64,000 nt of DNA from an uncultured Ruminococcus sp. (lineage in GTDB: Bacteria > Bacillota > Clostridia > Oscillospirales > Ruminococcaceae): positions 666 to 64,665 of the forward strand of contig CANQVK010000014.1 of assembly GCA_947627275.1 (NCBI GenBank), in the 5' to 3' direction. The notes beneath the pieces are model-generated. The model saw only the letters and a program-made list of their open reading frames with translations, was not told where the DNA came from and did not search any database. Of the stretch, positions 46,742-55,791 are shown one piece after another; the stretch's first letter is position 1, and every line of letters begins with the position of its first letter. The translations under genes and the position numbers were made by a program.

Positions 46742-48562
46742 TTAGTTCTTTGCTTTGATCTTAGCTCTTTGAGAGTTGCTGAGTATTCTCTTGCGTATGC
46801 GAAGGCTCTTGGGCGTTACCTCGAGAAGCTCGTCGTCCGCCAGAAATTCCAGACAATCTTCAAGGCTGAGTATTCTGTGCGGAACAAGGCGGAGCGCATC
46901 GTCGCTTCCGCTTGCACGGGTATTTGTAAGGTGCTTTCTCTTGCAGACGTTTACAACAAGGTCGTCGTTCTTGGGGGAAGCGCCGACTATCATTCCCTCG
47001 TAAACGGGCGTACCGGCAGGTATAAATAGCTGACCTCGCTCCTGTGCGTTGAACAGACCGTAGGTCACAGCTTCGCCCGTTTCAAATGAAACGAGAGAAC
47101 CTGTGCTGCGGCGGTCGATGTCGCCCTTATATGGCTGATAATCTTCAAAGACGTGGCTCATAATGCCTTCGCCCTTTGTATCGGTAAGAAATTCGCTTTT
47201 ATAGCCGAAAAGTCCTCTTGCAGGCACAAGAAATTCGATGCGCATACGGCTGCCCTGAGGGTGCATGGAAACAAGCTCGCCCTTGCGACTGCCCATTTTC
47301 TCCATAACAGAGCCGACGCAGTCCTCGGGAACGTCTATAACAAGTCTCTCGATAGGCTCTAATTTTCTGCCGTTTTCGCCCTCTTTGAAAAGCACTCTCG
47401 GGGTGGAAACAGCAAGCTCGTAGCCCTCGCGGCGCATATTTTCAATGAGGATCGAAAGGTGCATCTCGCCTCTGCCTGCTACTCTGAATGAGTCGGTGGA
47501 CTCGGTTTCCTCAACACGGAGAGAAACGTCCTTGAGAAGCTCCTTGAAAAGACGTTCGCGAAGCTGTCTTGAAGTAACGAATTTGCCCTCTTTTCCTGCA
47601 AAGGGGCTGTCGTTTACAGAGAATGTCATTTCAACGGTAGGCTCTGAGATCTTTACGAAGGGCAGAGGCTCGGGAGCGTCCGTTGAACAGATAGTATCGC
47701 CGATAGTTATGCCGTCGATACCCGAGATCCACACAATATCTCCCACCTTTGCCGATTCTGCGGGAACTCTCTGCAAGCCTTGTATCTGAAGCAGGGAAAC
47801 GATCTTCGAGTTGTAATTTTTCTTTGAGCCTGTATAGTCGCAGACTGTCACCTGCTGATTGACCTTGATGTTTCCACGGACTATACGTCCTATGCCGATA
47901 CGTCCGACATATTCGTTATAGTCGATAGAGGAAATAAGCATCTGCAAGGGTTCTTCTTCTTCGCCTTTGGGAGGGTCTATATAGTTGATAATAGTATCGA
48001 AAAGCGGTTTCAGGTCGGTTCCTGCTTCATACTGACTGAGGGAAGCAGTACCGCTTCGTCCCGAGCAGAAAAGGATAGGCGATTCGAGCTGTTCGTCGTT
48101 TGCGTCAAGGTCGAGGAGAAGCTCGAGTACTTCGTCGCCGATCTCGTCGAGACGTGCATCGGGACGGTCTATCTTGTTTACGACAACGATTATTTTATGA
48201 CCCATTTCAAGGGCTTTTGAAAGAACGAAACGTGTCTGCGGCATAGGACCCTCCGCAGCGTCAACGAGCAGCAGAACGCCGTCTACCATTTCCAGAACGC
48301 GCTCCACCTCGCCGCCGAAATCGGCATGTCCGGGAGTATCAATGATATTGATTTTTATATCGTTATACATTACGGACGTGTTTTTTGCAAGGATAGTGAT
48401 CCCGCGTTCACGCTCGATGTCGTTGGAATCCATAACTCTCTCGGCTACAGCCTGATTTTCACGGAATACGCCGCCCTGTTTGAGCATTTCATCGACCAAC
48501 GTTGTCTTTCCGTGGTCAACGTGAGCGATAATAGCGATGTTTCTCAAATCTTCTCTGATCAT
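46742..48562 (-). CDS. typA: Translational GTPase TypA/BipA
   Basis: [52 protein letters not shown]. Confidence 0.97.
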   Translation of the reverse strand: MIREDLRNIAIIAHVDHGKTTLVDEMLKQGGVFRENQAVAERVMDSNDIERERGITILAKNTSVMYNDIKINIIDTPGHADFGGEVERVLEMVDGVLLLVDAAEGPMPQTRFVLSKALEMGHKIIVVVNKIDRPDARLDEIGDEVLELLLDLDANDEQLESPILFCSGRSGTASLSQYEAGTDLKPLFDTIINYIDPPKGEEEEPLQMLISSIDYNEYVGRIGIGRIVRGNIKVNQQVTVCDYTGSKKNYNSKIVSLLQIQGLQRVPAESAKVGDIVWISGIDGITIGDTICSTDAPEPLPFVKISEPTVEMTFSVNDSPFAGKEGKFVTSRQLRERLFKELLKDVSLRVEETESTDSFRVAGRGEMHLSILIENMRREGYELAVSTPRVLFKEGENGRKLEPIERLVIDVPEDCVGSVMEKMGSRKGELVSMHPQGSRMRIEFLVPARGLFGYKSEFLTDTKGEGIMSHVFEDYQPYKGDIDRRSTGSLVSFETGEAVTYGLFNAQERGQLFIPAGTPVYEGMIVGASPKNDDLVVNVCKRKHLTNTRASGSDDALRLVPHRILSLEDCLEFLADDELLEVTPKSLRIRKRILSNSQRAKIKAKN

Positions 48563-48591
48563 ATTTATCTTTCCTCCAAAAATATAAAGAT

Positions 48592-49224
48592 TTACATAAG
48601 TTTTTCCAGTTCATAGCGCAGAGCGTCGAAGTTGGTAAAGCTTTTCGGGATATAAATGGTTTTTTTACGGGAATATGAAGTGAACGGGCGAAAGCCTTTC
48701 AACTGCGCCTTTACACGCAGAAATTCCCTGCTCTCGCTTATGTCAAAAACGTTTTCAATTGCATATCCGCTGTAGCTGATAACCTCTTTATTGCATATAA
48801 ACGCATCGAGGTGAGCTGTTTCACGTACCTTCTGCATATTGGCTGTCACTTTCATACGCTGGAACACACCGTTTCGGTGGTTTATGCTGTACGACTTTCC
48901 CAGCAGGGTGTCGTTGCCGAAAGCCTCGGCGAGGTCAACGCGGTACAGTGTGTTTTCGTCAAATACATAAGCTGCAAAGTAATTGCTGTTGCGGTTCATT
49001 TTAAGATAGCCCGACAGTATCAGCAACGCAATAATAACAAATGTTATAAGCCATACTATATCGTATGAATCCGTTTCCGTTTCCATTGCGGCAAATCCGT
49101 AAGCGAAGATACCGAGGAATAATACGACAACGGAAACAGCGACCTTTTTCCAGACAACGCTTGTCACCTTTTGCTGATATGTAACGTGTAAGTTATCGGC
49201 ATCGTCGATCCTGCTTATGGTCAT
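48592..49224 (-). CDS. Hypothetical two-TM membrane protein
   Basis: Two hydrophobic helices then a soluble domain; AAGGAG RBS. Confidence 0.65.
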   Translation of the reverse strand: MTISRIDDADNLHVTYQQKVTSVVWKKVAVSVVVLFLGIFAYGFAAMETETDSYDIVWLITFVIIALLILSGYLKMNRNSNYFAAYVFDENTLYRVDLAEAFGNDTLLGKSYSINHRNGVFQRMKVTANMQKVRETAHLDAFICNKEVISYSGYAIENVFDISESREFLRVKAQLKGFRPFTSYSRKKTIYIPKSFTNFDALRYELEKLM

Positions 49225-49237
49225 ATAGTTGATCTCC

Positions 49238-49756
49238 TTATCGTTGGCGGAATTTATTGCCCAGTTTTTCTTTCAGGAGGCGGCGCAAATCGTCTGCCGT
49301 ACCCTCGGTTATTTCGGATTTGTTGATAATATACACCGATGTCGGGGTTATGTACATCAGAAACCATTCTTTCTTTTCAATGACTTTAAAAAGGTTGTCG
49401 TAGCCGACTTCCTGACGGGCGTTGTGAGTATCCCCAATTTCCTCGGTTATAAAGCTGTTTTCTCCAAAACTGTAGCAGATGACAGTATTCGGAAACTGAT
49501 GTTGATGCCGTTTGAAAACAGTATTCTCGTAAAAGAATGTGCGGTAAACAAGATATGCGCTGAAAACAGCCAGAAATACTATATGGAACATCAGGTTTAT
49601 ATCTGCTCCGAATATTTTTGCAATCAGCAGCAAGCCTGTCAATACCAAATTTACAATATATACAGCATAAAAAAAGATCATTGCAATAAGGTTCCGACCG
49701 CTCCACAGCATTTGTCTTATATGTCTTACCGTATATCTTACAGTTGCCTTTATCAT
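49238..49756 (-). CDS. YcxB family protein 1
   Basis: Two TMs then YDNLFKVIEKKEWFLMYITPTSVYIINK YcxB-type C-terminus. Confidence 0.8.
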   Translation of the reverse strand: MIKATVRYTVRHIRQMLWSGRNLIAMIFFYAVYIVNLVLTGLLLIAKIFGADINLMFHIVFLAVFSAYLVYRTFFYENTVFKRHQHQFPNTVICYSFGENSFITEEIGDTHNARQEVGYDNLFKVIEKKEWFLMYITPTSVYIINKSEITEGTADDLRRLLKEKLGNKFRQR

Positions 49757-50295
49757 ACATTTGCTCCTTTACATTGTTTAAACCGGCTGCCGAGCTTGTC
49801 TTTTAAAAGCTGTCTCAGTTCATCGGTAGTGCCGACTGTAAGATTGCTGTTTTTGACAATGCAGACCTCGGAGGCGTTAAAGTAAATGAAAAACCAGTCT
49901 CCCCATTCCACGGCGGAATGTATAGAAGCATAACGCTTGTAACGTTCGGCGGAATAGTTCTCGGACTGAGAGATCATACCGAAAGAATCGTCAGAGAAAA
50001 TAAATCGGCGGCGGAATTTATCGGGAGTAAGGCTTTTTTTTGAAAAAAAGACATTCCAAATTTCAACGAGACAGGTTATAAGACGGCTGTCAAAATAAAC
50101 GACTAAAATGCAGTATATAATTTTATAGATCGGCGCTGACGAAGTGTTGCCGAACAGCCATATGAAAAATGTCGTGTAGATGATAAGTTTCAGGATAAGC
50201 CCCTGTTTGTAGCTTTTGAAAGATTTTGACGTTCTGTAATAGCTGCGGTTGGCTTCAAGATATTCTTTTGTGTAGGTGTTTTCGGCTGTTATCAT
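49753..50295 (-). CDS. YcxB family protein 2
   Basis: Two TMs; YASIHSAVEWGDWFFIYFNASEVCIVK. Confidence 0.78.
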   Translation of the reverse strand: MITAENTYTKEYLEANRSYYRTSKSFKSYKQGLILKLIIYTTFFIWLFGNTSSAPIYKIIYCILVVYFDSRLITCLVEIWNVFFSKKSLTPDKFRRRFIFSDDSFGMISQSENYSAERYKRYASIHSAVEWGDWFFIYFNASEVCIVKNSNLTVGTTDELRQLLKDKLGSRFKQCKGANV

Positions 50296-50837
50296 CTGCA
50301 CTTCCTCCTGAATTTTTTTCCGAGCTTTTCCGCAAGGAGAACTGACAGTTCCCCGGAAGTACCCTCCGTTATCTCGTATTTTCCTATAACGCAGACTTTG
50401 GTTTTATCAATTCGCACAAGGAAAAATTGTTCCGTTTCCATTGCCGATTGAAGCGTATCGTAGCCGCACCGTCTGAATCCCCATTCTTCATCGGATTTGT
50501 ACTCATGGAGAAATTCCTTATCGTCAAATGTGATGTTATTGACGAACTGCTCGGGAACATTGGCTTTTGTTTCTTTTTTTACCTTGAACTTTTTCAAAAT
50601 TTCGTAAACGGTAAAAAATATATTTACTGCGAATAACAAAGCATAAATCAGGATATATTTTGTTACCCATTCCGCTTTGCCGAAAAAAGGCAGCAGATAG
50701 CAAAGCATACCGACGCTCATTACGCTAAGTGCCAAATATAAAATGATGTTCGTGACGAACTTCCAGTCGAATCTGGAATACGCCTTATAGAAAGCCCACA
50801 TATGTTCGCCGGTGTATTTTACGTTAGCCTTTATCAT
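50292..50837 (-). CDS. YcxB family protein 3
   Basis: MIKANVKYT start; YDTLQSAMETEQFFLVRIDK. Confidence 0.78.
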   Translation of the reverse strand: MIKANVKYTGEHMWAFYKAYSRFDWKFVTNIILYLALSVMSVGMLCYLLPFFGKAEWVTKYILIYALLFAVNIFFTVYEILKKFKVKKETKANVPEQFVNNITFDDKEFLHEYKSDEEWGFRRCGYDTLQSAMETEQFFLVRIDKTKVCVIGKYEITEGTSGELSVLLAEKLGKKFRRKCR

Positions 50838-50847
50838 AAATTTTCCC

Positions 50848-51369
50848 CTATTTTTCGATAAAATTTTCACCGAGCTTGTCTTTTAAAAGCTGTCTCAGTT
50901 CTTCGGGAGTTCCCTCGATTATTTCGGAACTTCTGATAGCGACCTGTCCGATATTTTTTATCTGTATCACAAAAAAATCGCCGTTTTCCCATGCGAACTC
51001 CAACATCTCGTAGCGGTGTTCATTTACGCCGTTTGTCATTCGGGACTCGTTGGTTATTTTAAGTGAAATATCGCTGAACTCAAAAATAATATGACCGTCG
51101 GGCTGAGTTTCGTTGTATTTTTTGAGCATTTTCTTCGGATTAAGAAGAATATAATACAATATTATATAAAAAAGCGTTACGCCCCAAAGAGGTATGGCAA
51201 GCACAGTAAAAAGATTGAAAAAATTTTTGCCTGTCAGGACACAAAATACAGCGAAAGCAGTAGTTGCAGCAGTCGTCACAAGCCATATTATTCTTTGCTT
51301 GAGGGGCATAACGTCCGCTCTCAACGCTTTAAAGTGTTCGATTGTATATTTTACATCGGCTTTTATCAT
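50848..51369 (-). CDS. YcxB family protein 4
   Basis: MIKADVKYT start; YEMLEFAWENGDFFVIQI. Confidence 0.78.
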   Translation of the reverse strand: MIKADVKYTIEHFKALRADVMPLKQRIIWLVTTAATTAFAVFCVLTGKNFFNLFTVLAIPLWGVTLFYIILYYILLNPKKMLKKYNETQPDGHIIFEFSDISLKITNESRMTNGVNEHRYEMLEFAWENGDFFVIQIKNIGQVAIRSSEIIEGTPEELRQLLKDKLGENFIEK

Positions 51370-51491
51370 AGCAGTCTCCTGTTGCAGAATTTATATATTT
51401 ATGCACAATATAGGCGTATTTCCGTACAAATGCTCTTTTTTTCCGGGCATAAAAAAATCCGCTTAAAGCGGAGCAACAATGTTATAAAAAT

Positions 51492-51577
51492 TGGTGGGAG
51501 AGGATGGATTCGGACCATCGAAGCTGAAAAGCAACAGATTTACAGTCTGCCCCCTTTGGCCACTCGGGAACTCTCCC
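51492..51577 (-). tRNA. tRNA-Tyr (GTA)
   Basis: Cloverleaf GGGAGAG...CTCTCCC ACCA; anticodon arm GCAGA-CTGTAAA-TCTGT; long variable arm. Confidence 0.95.
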
Positions 51578-51611
51578 ATACAATTTTTGTTTATCGGCTT
51601 TGACCGATAAA

Positions 51612-51687
51612 TGGAGCTGGTGGACGGACTCGAACCCCCGACCTGCTGATTACAAATCAGCTGCTCTACCAACTGAGCTACACCAGC
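51612..51687 (-). tRNA. tRNA-Thr (TGT)
   Basis: GCTGGTG...CACCAGC TCCA; anticodon arm CTGAT-TTGTAAT-CAG; GGTTCGAGTCC. Confidence 0.97.
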
Positions 51688-51702
51688 TTAACTGACTTAA
51701 TA

Positions 51703-51731
51703 ATTATACCACAAGCTTTTAAATTTGTCAA
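51703..51731 (-). promoter_or_regulatory. sigmaA promoter for tRNA-Thr/Tyr
   Basis: Minus strand TTGACA-17-TATAAT. Confidence 0.8.
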
Positions 51732-51763
51732 GCTTTTTTTGAAATTTTTTCAAAAAATTTTTA

Positions 51764-51840
51764 TGGTCGAGGCGACAGGACTCGAACCTGCGGCATCTTG
51801 GTCCCAAACCAAGCACTCTACCAAACTGAGCTACGCCTCG
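51764..51840 (-). tRNA. tRNA-Pro (TGG)
   Basis: CGAGGCG...CGCCTCG ACCA; anticodon arm CTTGG-TTTGGGA-CCAAG. Confidence 0.97.
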
Positions 51841-51871
51841 GACAATCTTTACTGTCCTTGACAGCTTTTAT

Positions 51872-51900
51872 ATTATATCAGAACTTTGCGGAAATGTCAA
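51872..51900 (-). promoter_or_regulatory. sigmaA promoter for tRNA-Pro
   Basis: Minus strand TTGACA-17-TATAAT. Confidence 0.8.
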
Positions 51901-52006
51901 TAGCTTTTTTGGAAATTGTATAACTGCACAAATCCAACAATTTGATATTGTACAGATTAAACAAAAACACGGGACGGCGCAAAGACCGTCCCGTAATTAT
52001 CATGAA

Positions 52007-52285
52007 TCATTCAGCTGTATCTTCCTTTGCGTCGTCAGCAGCTTCTTCGGCGGCTTCTTCAGCATTGTCGGTCTTGTCCGCTTCCTCGGCAGCAGCATTA
52101 GCTTCGTCGAGAACCTCGTCAATATCGAAATCAATATCCTCGTCTGTATCGTAAGGATCGGGGTAATCGTACATATCGTTATCGTAATCGTTATTTGATT
52201 CCTTGCCCTTCAATACCTTTGCCGCTACTACGCCTACAGCTACAGCTGCGCCCGCAACGAGAAGACCTGTTAAAAGTTTGCTCAT
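52007..52285 (-). CDS. Small membrane-anchored acidic protein
   Basis: One N-terminal Gly/Ala/Val helix then a D/E-rich tail; followed by hairpin GGGACGG...CCGTCCC. Confidence 0.7.
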   Translation of the reverse strand: MSKLLTGLLVAGAAVAVGVVAAKVLKGKESNNDYDNDMYDYPDPYDTDEDIDFDIDEVLDEANAAAEEADKTDNAEEAAEEAADDAKEDTAE

Positions 52286-52393
52286 AATAATCCTCATTTC
52301 TCCGCAAGTAATCTTAGCTTACCGACACGCTTGCGGCCGCCCTCGATAATCATATTATTTATTATAACACATTCTTTTAATAATTTCAAGGGT

Positions 52394-53116
52394 TTACATA
52401 TTTTTTGTTAAAAACATCAAAATTGAAAGGGCTGAAATTGGTGCTGTTTCACAACGGAGGATCCTTTTTCCAAGCCATACACGTTCTGCGCCTGCAAAAA
52501 CGGCTTTTTCGACTTCCGAAATATCGAATCCGCCTTCGCTGCCTATGATTATTCCTGCGGACTTTATTCCGTCGAAATCAACAGTTCCGAAAGACTTTCC
52601 TCCCTCTCCTTCGTACAGTATCACGGTCTTGTCGATCTCCTTTATCGTTTCGAGACATTGAGAGAAGCTCGATATGGACGTTATTTCGGGAATTATGCCC
52701 CGTCCCGACTGCTTTGCGGCTTCTTCCGCTATTTTTGCGAGACGGGGGAGTTTTTTTGTAAAATCTTTTTCAGAGGGACGCGATATGCAGCGTTTTGTAA
52801 GCATGGGGACTACTCTTGCCGCTCCTAATTCCGTGGCTTTTTGAATGACGTATTCCAGCTTGTCGAGCTTCGGTACGGCTTGGAACAGCGTGACTTCAAC
52901 GGACGGCTCGGCTTCGCAGGGATGTTTTTTTATAAGGTCAAGATATACCGAATCTTCGGTGATCCGGCGTATTTGGCAGTCGTAGTCGATTCCGCCGCAG
53001 CATATCGTCAGTTCTTCGCCCGGACGCATTCTCAGGGAACGTCCGATATGACGGGCGTTTTCTCCTGTCAGAAAAATATCGTTTTCTGTTATATCGTTTA
53101 CAAAAAATCTTGGCAT
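52394..53116 (-). CDS. rsmE: 16S rRNA m3U1498 methyltransferase
   Basis: HIGRSLRMRPG, KATELG, AAKQSGR, IGSEGGF, LGKRILRCETA. Confidence 0.95.
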   Translation of the reverse strand: MPRFFVNDITENDIFLTGENARHIGRSLRMRPGEELTICCGGIDYDCQIRRITEDSVYLDLIKKHPCEAEPSVEVTLFQAVPKLDKLEYVIQKATELGAARVVPMLTKRCISRPSEKDFTKKLPRLAKIAEEAAKQSGRGIIPEITSISSFSQCLETIKEIDKTVILYEGEGGKSFGTVDFDGIKSAGIIIGSEGGFDISEVEKAVFAGAERVWLGKRILRCETAPISALSILMFLTKNM

Positions 53117-53415
53117 TTTTACCGCTCCGTTTCACTTTTTATGTGATTTATTATATCATTATTTTATAGTGCATGTCAACTGTTTCCGAGAAGGTCTGAT
53201 GATCTAAGCGATTTGCACAATTCAGAAACATGAATTTTGACAATTTCTCCAAATTTTTTCCAATCATCTAAATGTACATAAAATATTCACAATTGTTGTA
53301 TCATTTTGTGATATAATACGTTTATAAAATGACATGAAATTCGGTTTTGTTCCGAATACTTGATATGTGCGTATTTGCCTATAAAACATTTTCTGATATT
53401 GAAAGGATGATCGTT

Positions 53416-55431
53416 ATGAAGTTCACCAAAAAGCTTACAGCCGTGGCTGCTTCGGCTGTATTGGCGGCGTCTTCGATACCTGTGGCTGATCTCAGCGTTT
53501 CCGCCGCAGATCATAACTACATGGAAGCTCTTGCGATGTCGCTGTATTTCTATGATTCAAACGCCTGCGGCAAGGGTATTACGGACGGACCTCTTACATG
53601 GAGAGGCGACTGCCATACTTATGACGCCGAAGCTTCGGTCGGCTCTCTCGACGGCTCTCTTAAATCTGCGGTAGACCCCGACGGCGACGGCAAGGTCGAT
53701 GTTTCAGGCGGCTGGCACGATGCAGGCGACCACATAAAGTTTAACCTCACTATTGGCTTCGCAATGTCGAGTCTCGGTATGTCCGAGTACTTCAACCCGG
53801 GCATTTACGAAAAGGCAGGCTGCCGAGATCACCTCGAATATGAGCTTCGCTGGGGAGCCGACTATCTCATGAAAACAACTTTTCTTGATGATTCGGGCAA
53901 TGTTGCCGCAATTGCAGGAACTGTCGCAGACGGCAACGTTGACCACGGTATCTGGAGTTCGCCCGAAGTGCAGACTTATGACAGACCTGTTTACTGGCTT
54001 ACGGCTTCAAAGAATAACTCTGCTGTATGCGGCGAAATGGCTTGCGGACTTCTCGCCTCCGCTTATGTTCTCAAGGATAGCGACCCTGCTTATTCCGCGG
54101 AGTGCGTGAAGTATGCAAAGGCGCTTATTGATTTCGGCACAAAGAACAAGGGCAACAACTGCGACGGTATGAGCTTCTACAGCACAGATTCAATGTGTGA
54201 GGATGAAATGGCTCTTGCGTCCGCATGGCTCTACGTTCTTGGGGAGGGCGACAAGCCTGCCCTCGAACCGAATGCGGGACAATACAACGGCGTCTACGAT
54301 TACTATTTGTACAGTTGGGACAAAGTATGGCAGGGATACGCCGCACTTATGTATAAGGCAACAGGGGACAGCGTATTTGTTGATGAGCTTAAATTTGAAC
54401 TCAATAATCAAGGCGGTCTGAGCGAGGGTACTTACAATGCGAACGGCTGGGGCGCTTCAAGGTACAACTGCGCAAAACAGATGAACTCTTATCTTATTGC
54501 AGACGGCGACCCGTCGTCAAGCTATGCAAAGGGTGCAAAGTATCAGATAGATACGATTCTCGGCGATAATTCCACGGGCTACAGTTTCCTTATCGGTTTC
54601 GGAGACAGTTGGCCTACGCATATTCATCACCGCGCGGCAAATCCGGGCGGCGACGGTGTAACTTCCGCACAGAATCCGGAAGCTAAATACACTAACTACG
54701 GTATGCTTGTCGGCGGACTTGACGGCAGCGGCTATGAAGATCATGCTGACAGATACCAGTATACCGAGGGCGCGCTGGATTACAACGGCTGCTTTGCTAT
54801 TGCGTGTTCGTTTGCGGCTGCTTTGTATGGCGGCGACGCGGCGACATTTGACGCTGTAAAGAAATCGGCAGACGAAATAAACGACAGCTTCAAATTTGCT
54901 GAAGGCGATCCTAAGCCTCCCGTACCTCCTGAGACTACGACTGTGACTACAGTTCCCGTAACACAGCCGACTACCGTTGTTACCACAGTTCCGGGCGGCG
55001 ACCAGAAGGAACAGGAGTTTACCGATGTAATTTCCGAGATCGGAAACGATTATGTAGTTTTCAAGGATAAGGGCAGATTCACAGTTGCTCGTTCAGAGGA
55101 TTTAGAGAAGTTCAGAGCGATCGGCACAGGAAAAACGGTTACAGTTAATTTCCTTGACTATAAGGGAGATCAGATAATGGTTCTTAACAGTATCAAGGCT
55201 GAATCGGAGGACATTGTATACGGTGACGCAAACTGCGACGGAACGGTATCTATCGCCGATTCCACTGCTATTCTTCAGCATCTCGGCAATCAGGACAAAT
55301 ACGGACTTTCCGAACAGGGTCTTAAAAATGCCGATATTGACGGAAAATCAGGCGTTACTACAGAAGACTCGCTGACGATACAGATGATAGACGCTAAGCT
55401 TCTGACTATTGATCAGATTCCTTTAAAGTAA
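53416..55431 (+). CDS. GH9 endoglucanase with PT linker, small unknown module and dockerin
   Basis: Signal peptide; GGWHDAGD, HIHHRAA, YEDHADRYQYTEGALDYN; YGDANCDG dockerin. Confidence 0.92.
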   Translation: MKFTKKLTAVAASAVLAASSIPVADLSVSAADHNYMEALAMSLYFYDSNACGKGITDGPLTWRGDCHTYDAEASVGSLDGSLKSAVDPDGDGKVDVSGGWHDAGDHIKFNLTIGFAMSSLGMSEYFNPGIYEKAGCRDHLEYELRWGADYLMKTTFLDDSGNVAAIAGTVADGNVDHGIWSSPEVQTYDRPVYWLTASKNNSAVCGEMACGLLASAYVLKDSDPAYSAECVKYAKALIDFGTKNKGNNCDGMSFYSTDSMCEDEMALASAWLYVLGEGDKPALEPNAGQYNGVYDYYLYSWDKVWQGYAALMYKATGDSVFVDELKFELNNQGGLSEGTYNANGWGASRYNCAKQMNSYLIADGDPSSSYAKGAKYQIDTILGDNSTGYSFLIGFGDSWPTHIHHRAANPGGDGVTSAQNPEAKYTNYGMLVGGLDGSGYEDHADRYQYTEGALDYNGCFAIACSFAAALYGGDAATFDAVKKSADEINDSFKFAEGDPKPPVPPETTTVTTVPVTQPTTVVTTVPGGDQKEQEFTDVISEIGNDYVVFKDKGRFTVARSEDLEKFRAIGTGKTVTVNFLDYKGDQIMVLNSIKAESEDIVYGDANCDGTVSIADSTAILQHLGNQDKYGLSEQGLKNADIDGKSGVTTEDSLTIQMIDAKLLTIDQIPLK

Positions 55432-55439
55432 TTATTTAT

Positions 55440-55470
55440 AACGCTGCGTGGTGAAAATCATGCAGCGTTA
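55440..55470 (+). terminator. Terminator after GH9
   Basis: AACGCTGCGTG...CATGCAGCGTT followed by a T-rich tract. Confidence 0.7.
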
Positions 55471-55684
55471 TTTAATTTAACTTAAATAATAAAACCATTT
55501 TTGAATATAACAAATAATATAAAACTTATAATGAGGAAATACATAATAAATTCATTTAAAATACATAAAATTAAACAGTTTGTTGAAGTGCATAGTTTTT
55601 TTACCGTGATTATGTATAAAATTAACAAAGCTTTTATGTTCAATACGGAGAAAATAGCGGAAAACGAGCTGTTTTAACCATAAT

Positions 55685-55712
55685 GTAATCTGTATGTAAC
55701 CGAAATGTAACC
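55685..55712 (+). promoter_or_regulatory. Triple direct repeat, candidate OmpR-family operator
   Basis: TGTAAT-N5-TGTAAC-N5-TGTAAC, 11-bp period, upstream of TGTATAAT (-10 at 55733-55738). Confidence 0.55.
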
Positions 55713-55791
55713 AAAAATGCGGAGAAATTATGTATAATAAATGTACAACGTATTATAGGCACAAATCTTTTTAGAAAGAAGTGTGAGATCA

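Noticed and set aside
51369-51577. tRNA-anchored integrative element to the left of tRNA-Tyr
   Set aside because: No integrase and no duplicated tRNA 3' end found by eye.
53337-53356. SigI-type promoter (AAA-N13-CGAA) before the first GH9
   Set aside because: Too short to be significant in AT-rich DNA, and a sigmaA-like TGATATAAT lies upstream; needs TSS data.
53347-53415. ORF-track N-terminal extension of the first GH9
   Set aside because: GAAAGGA RBS and signal peptide start at 53416.
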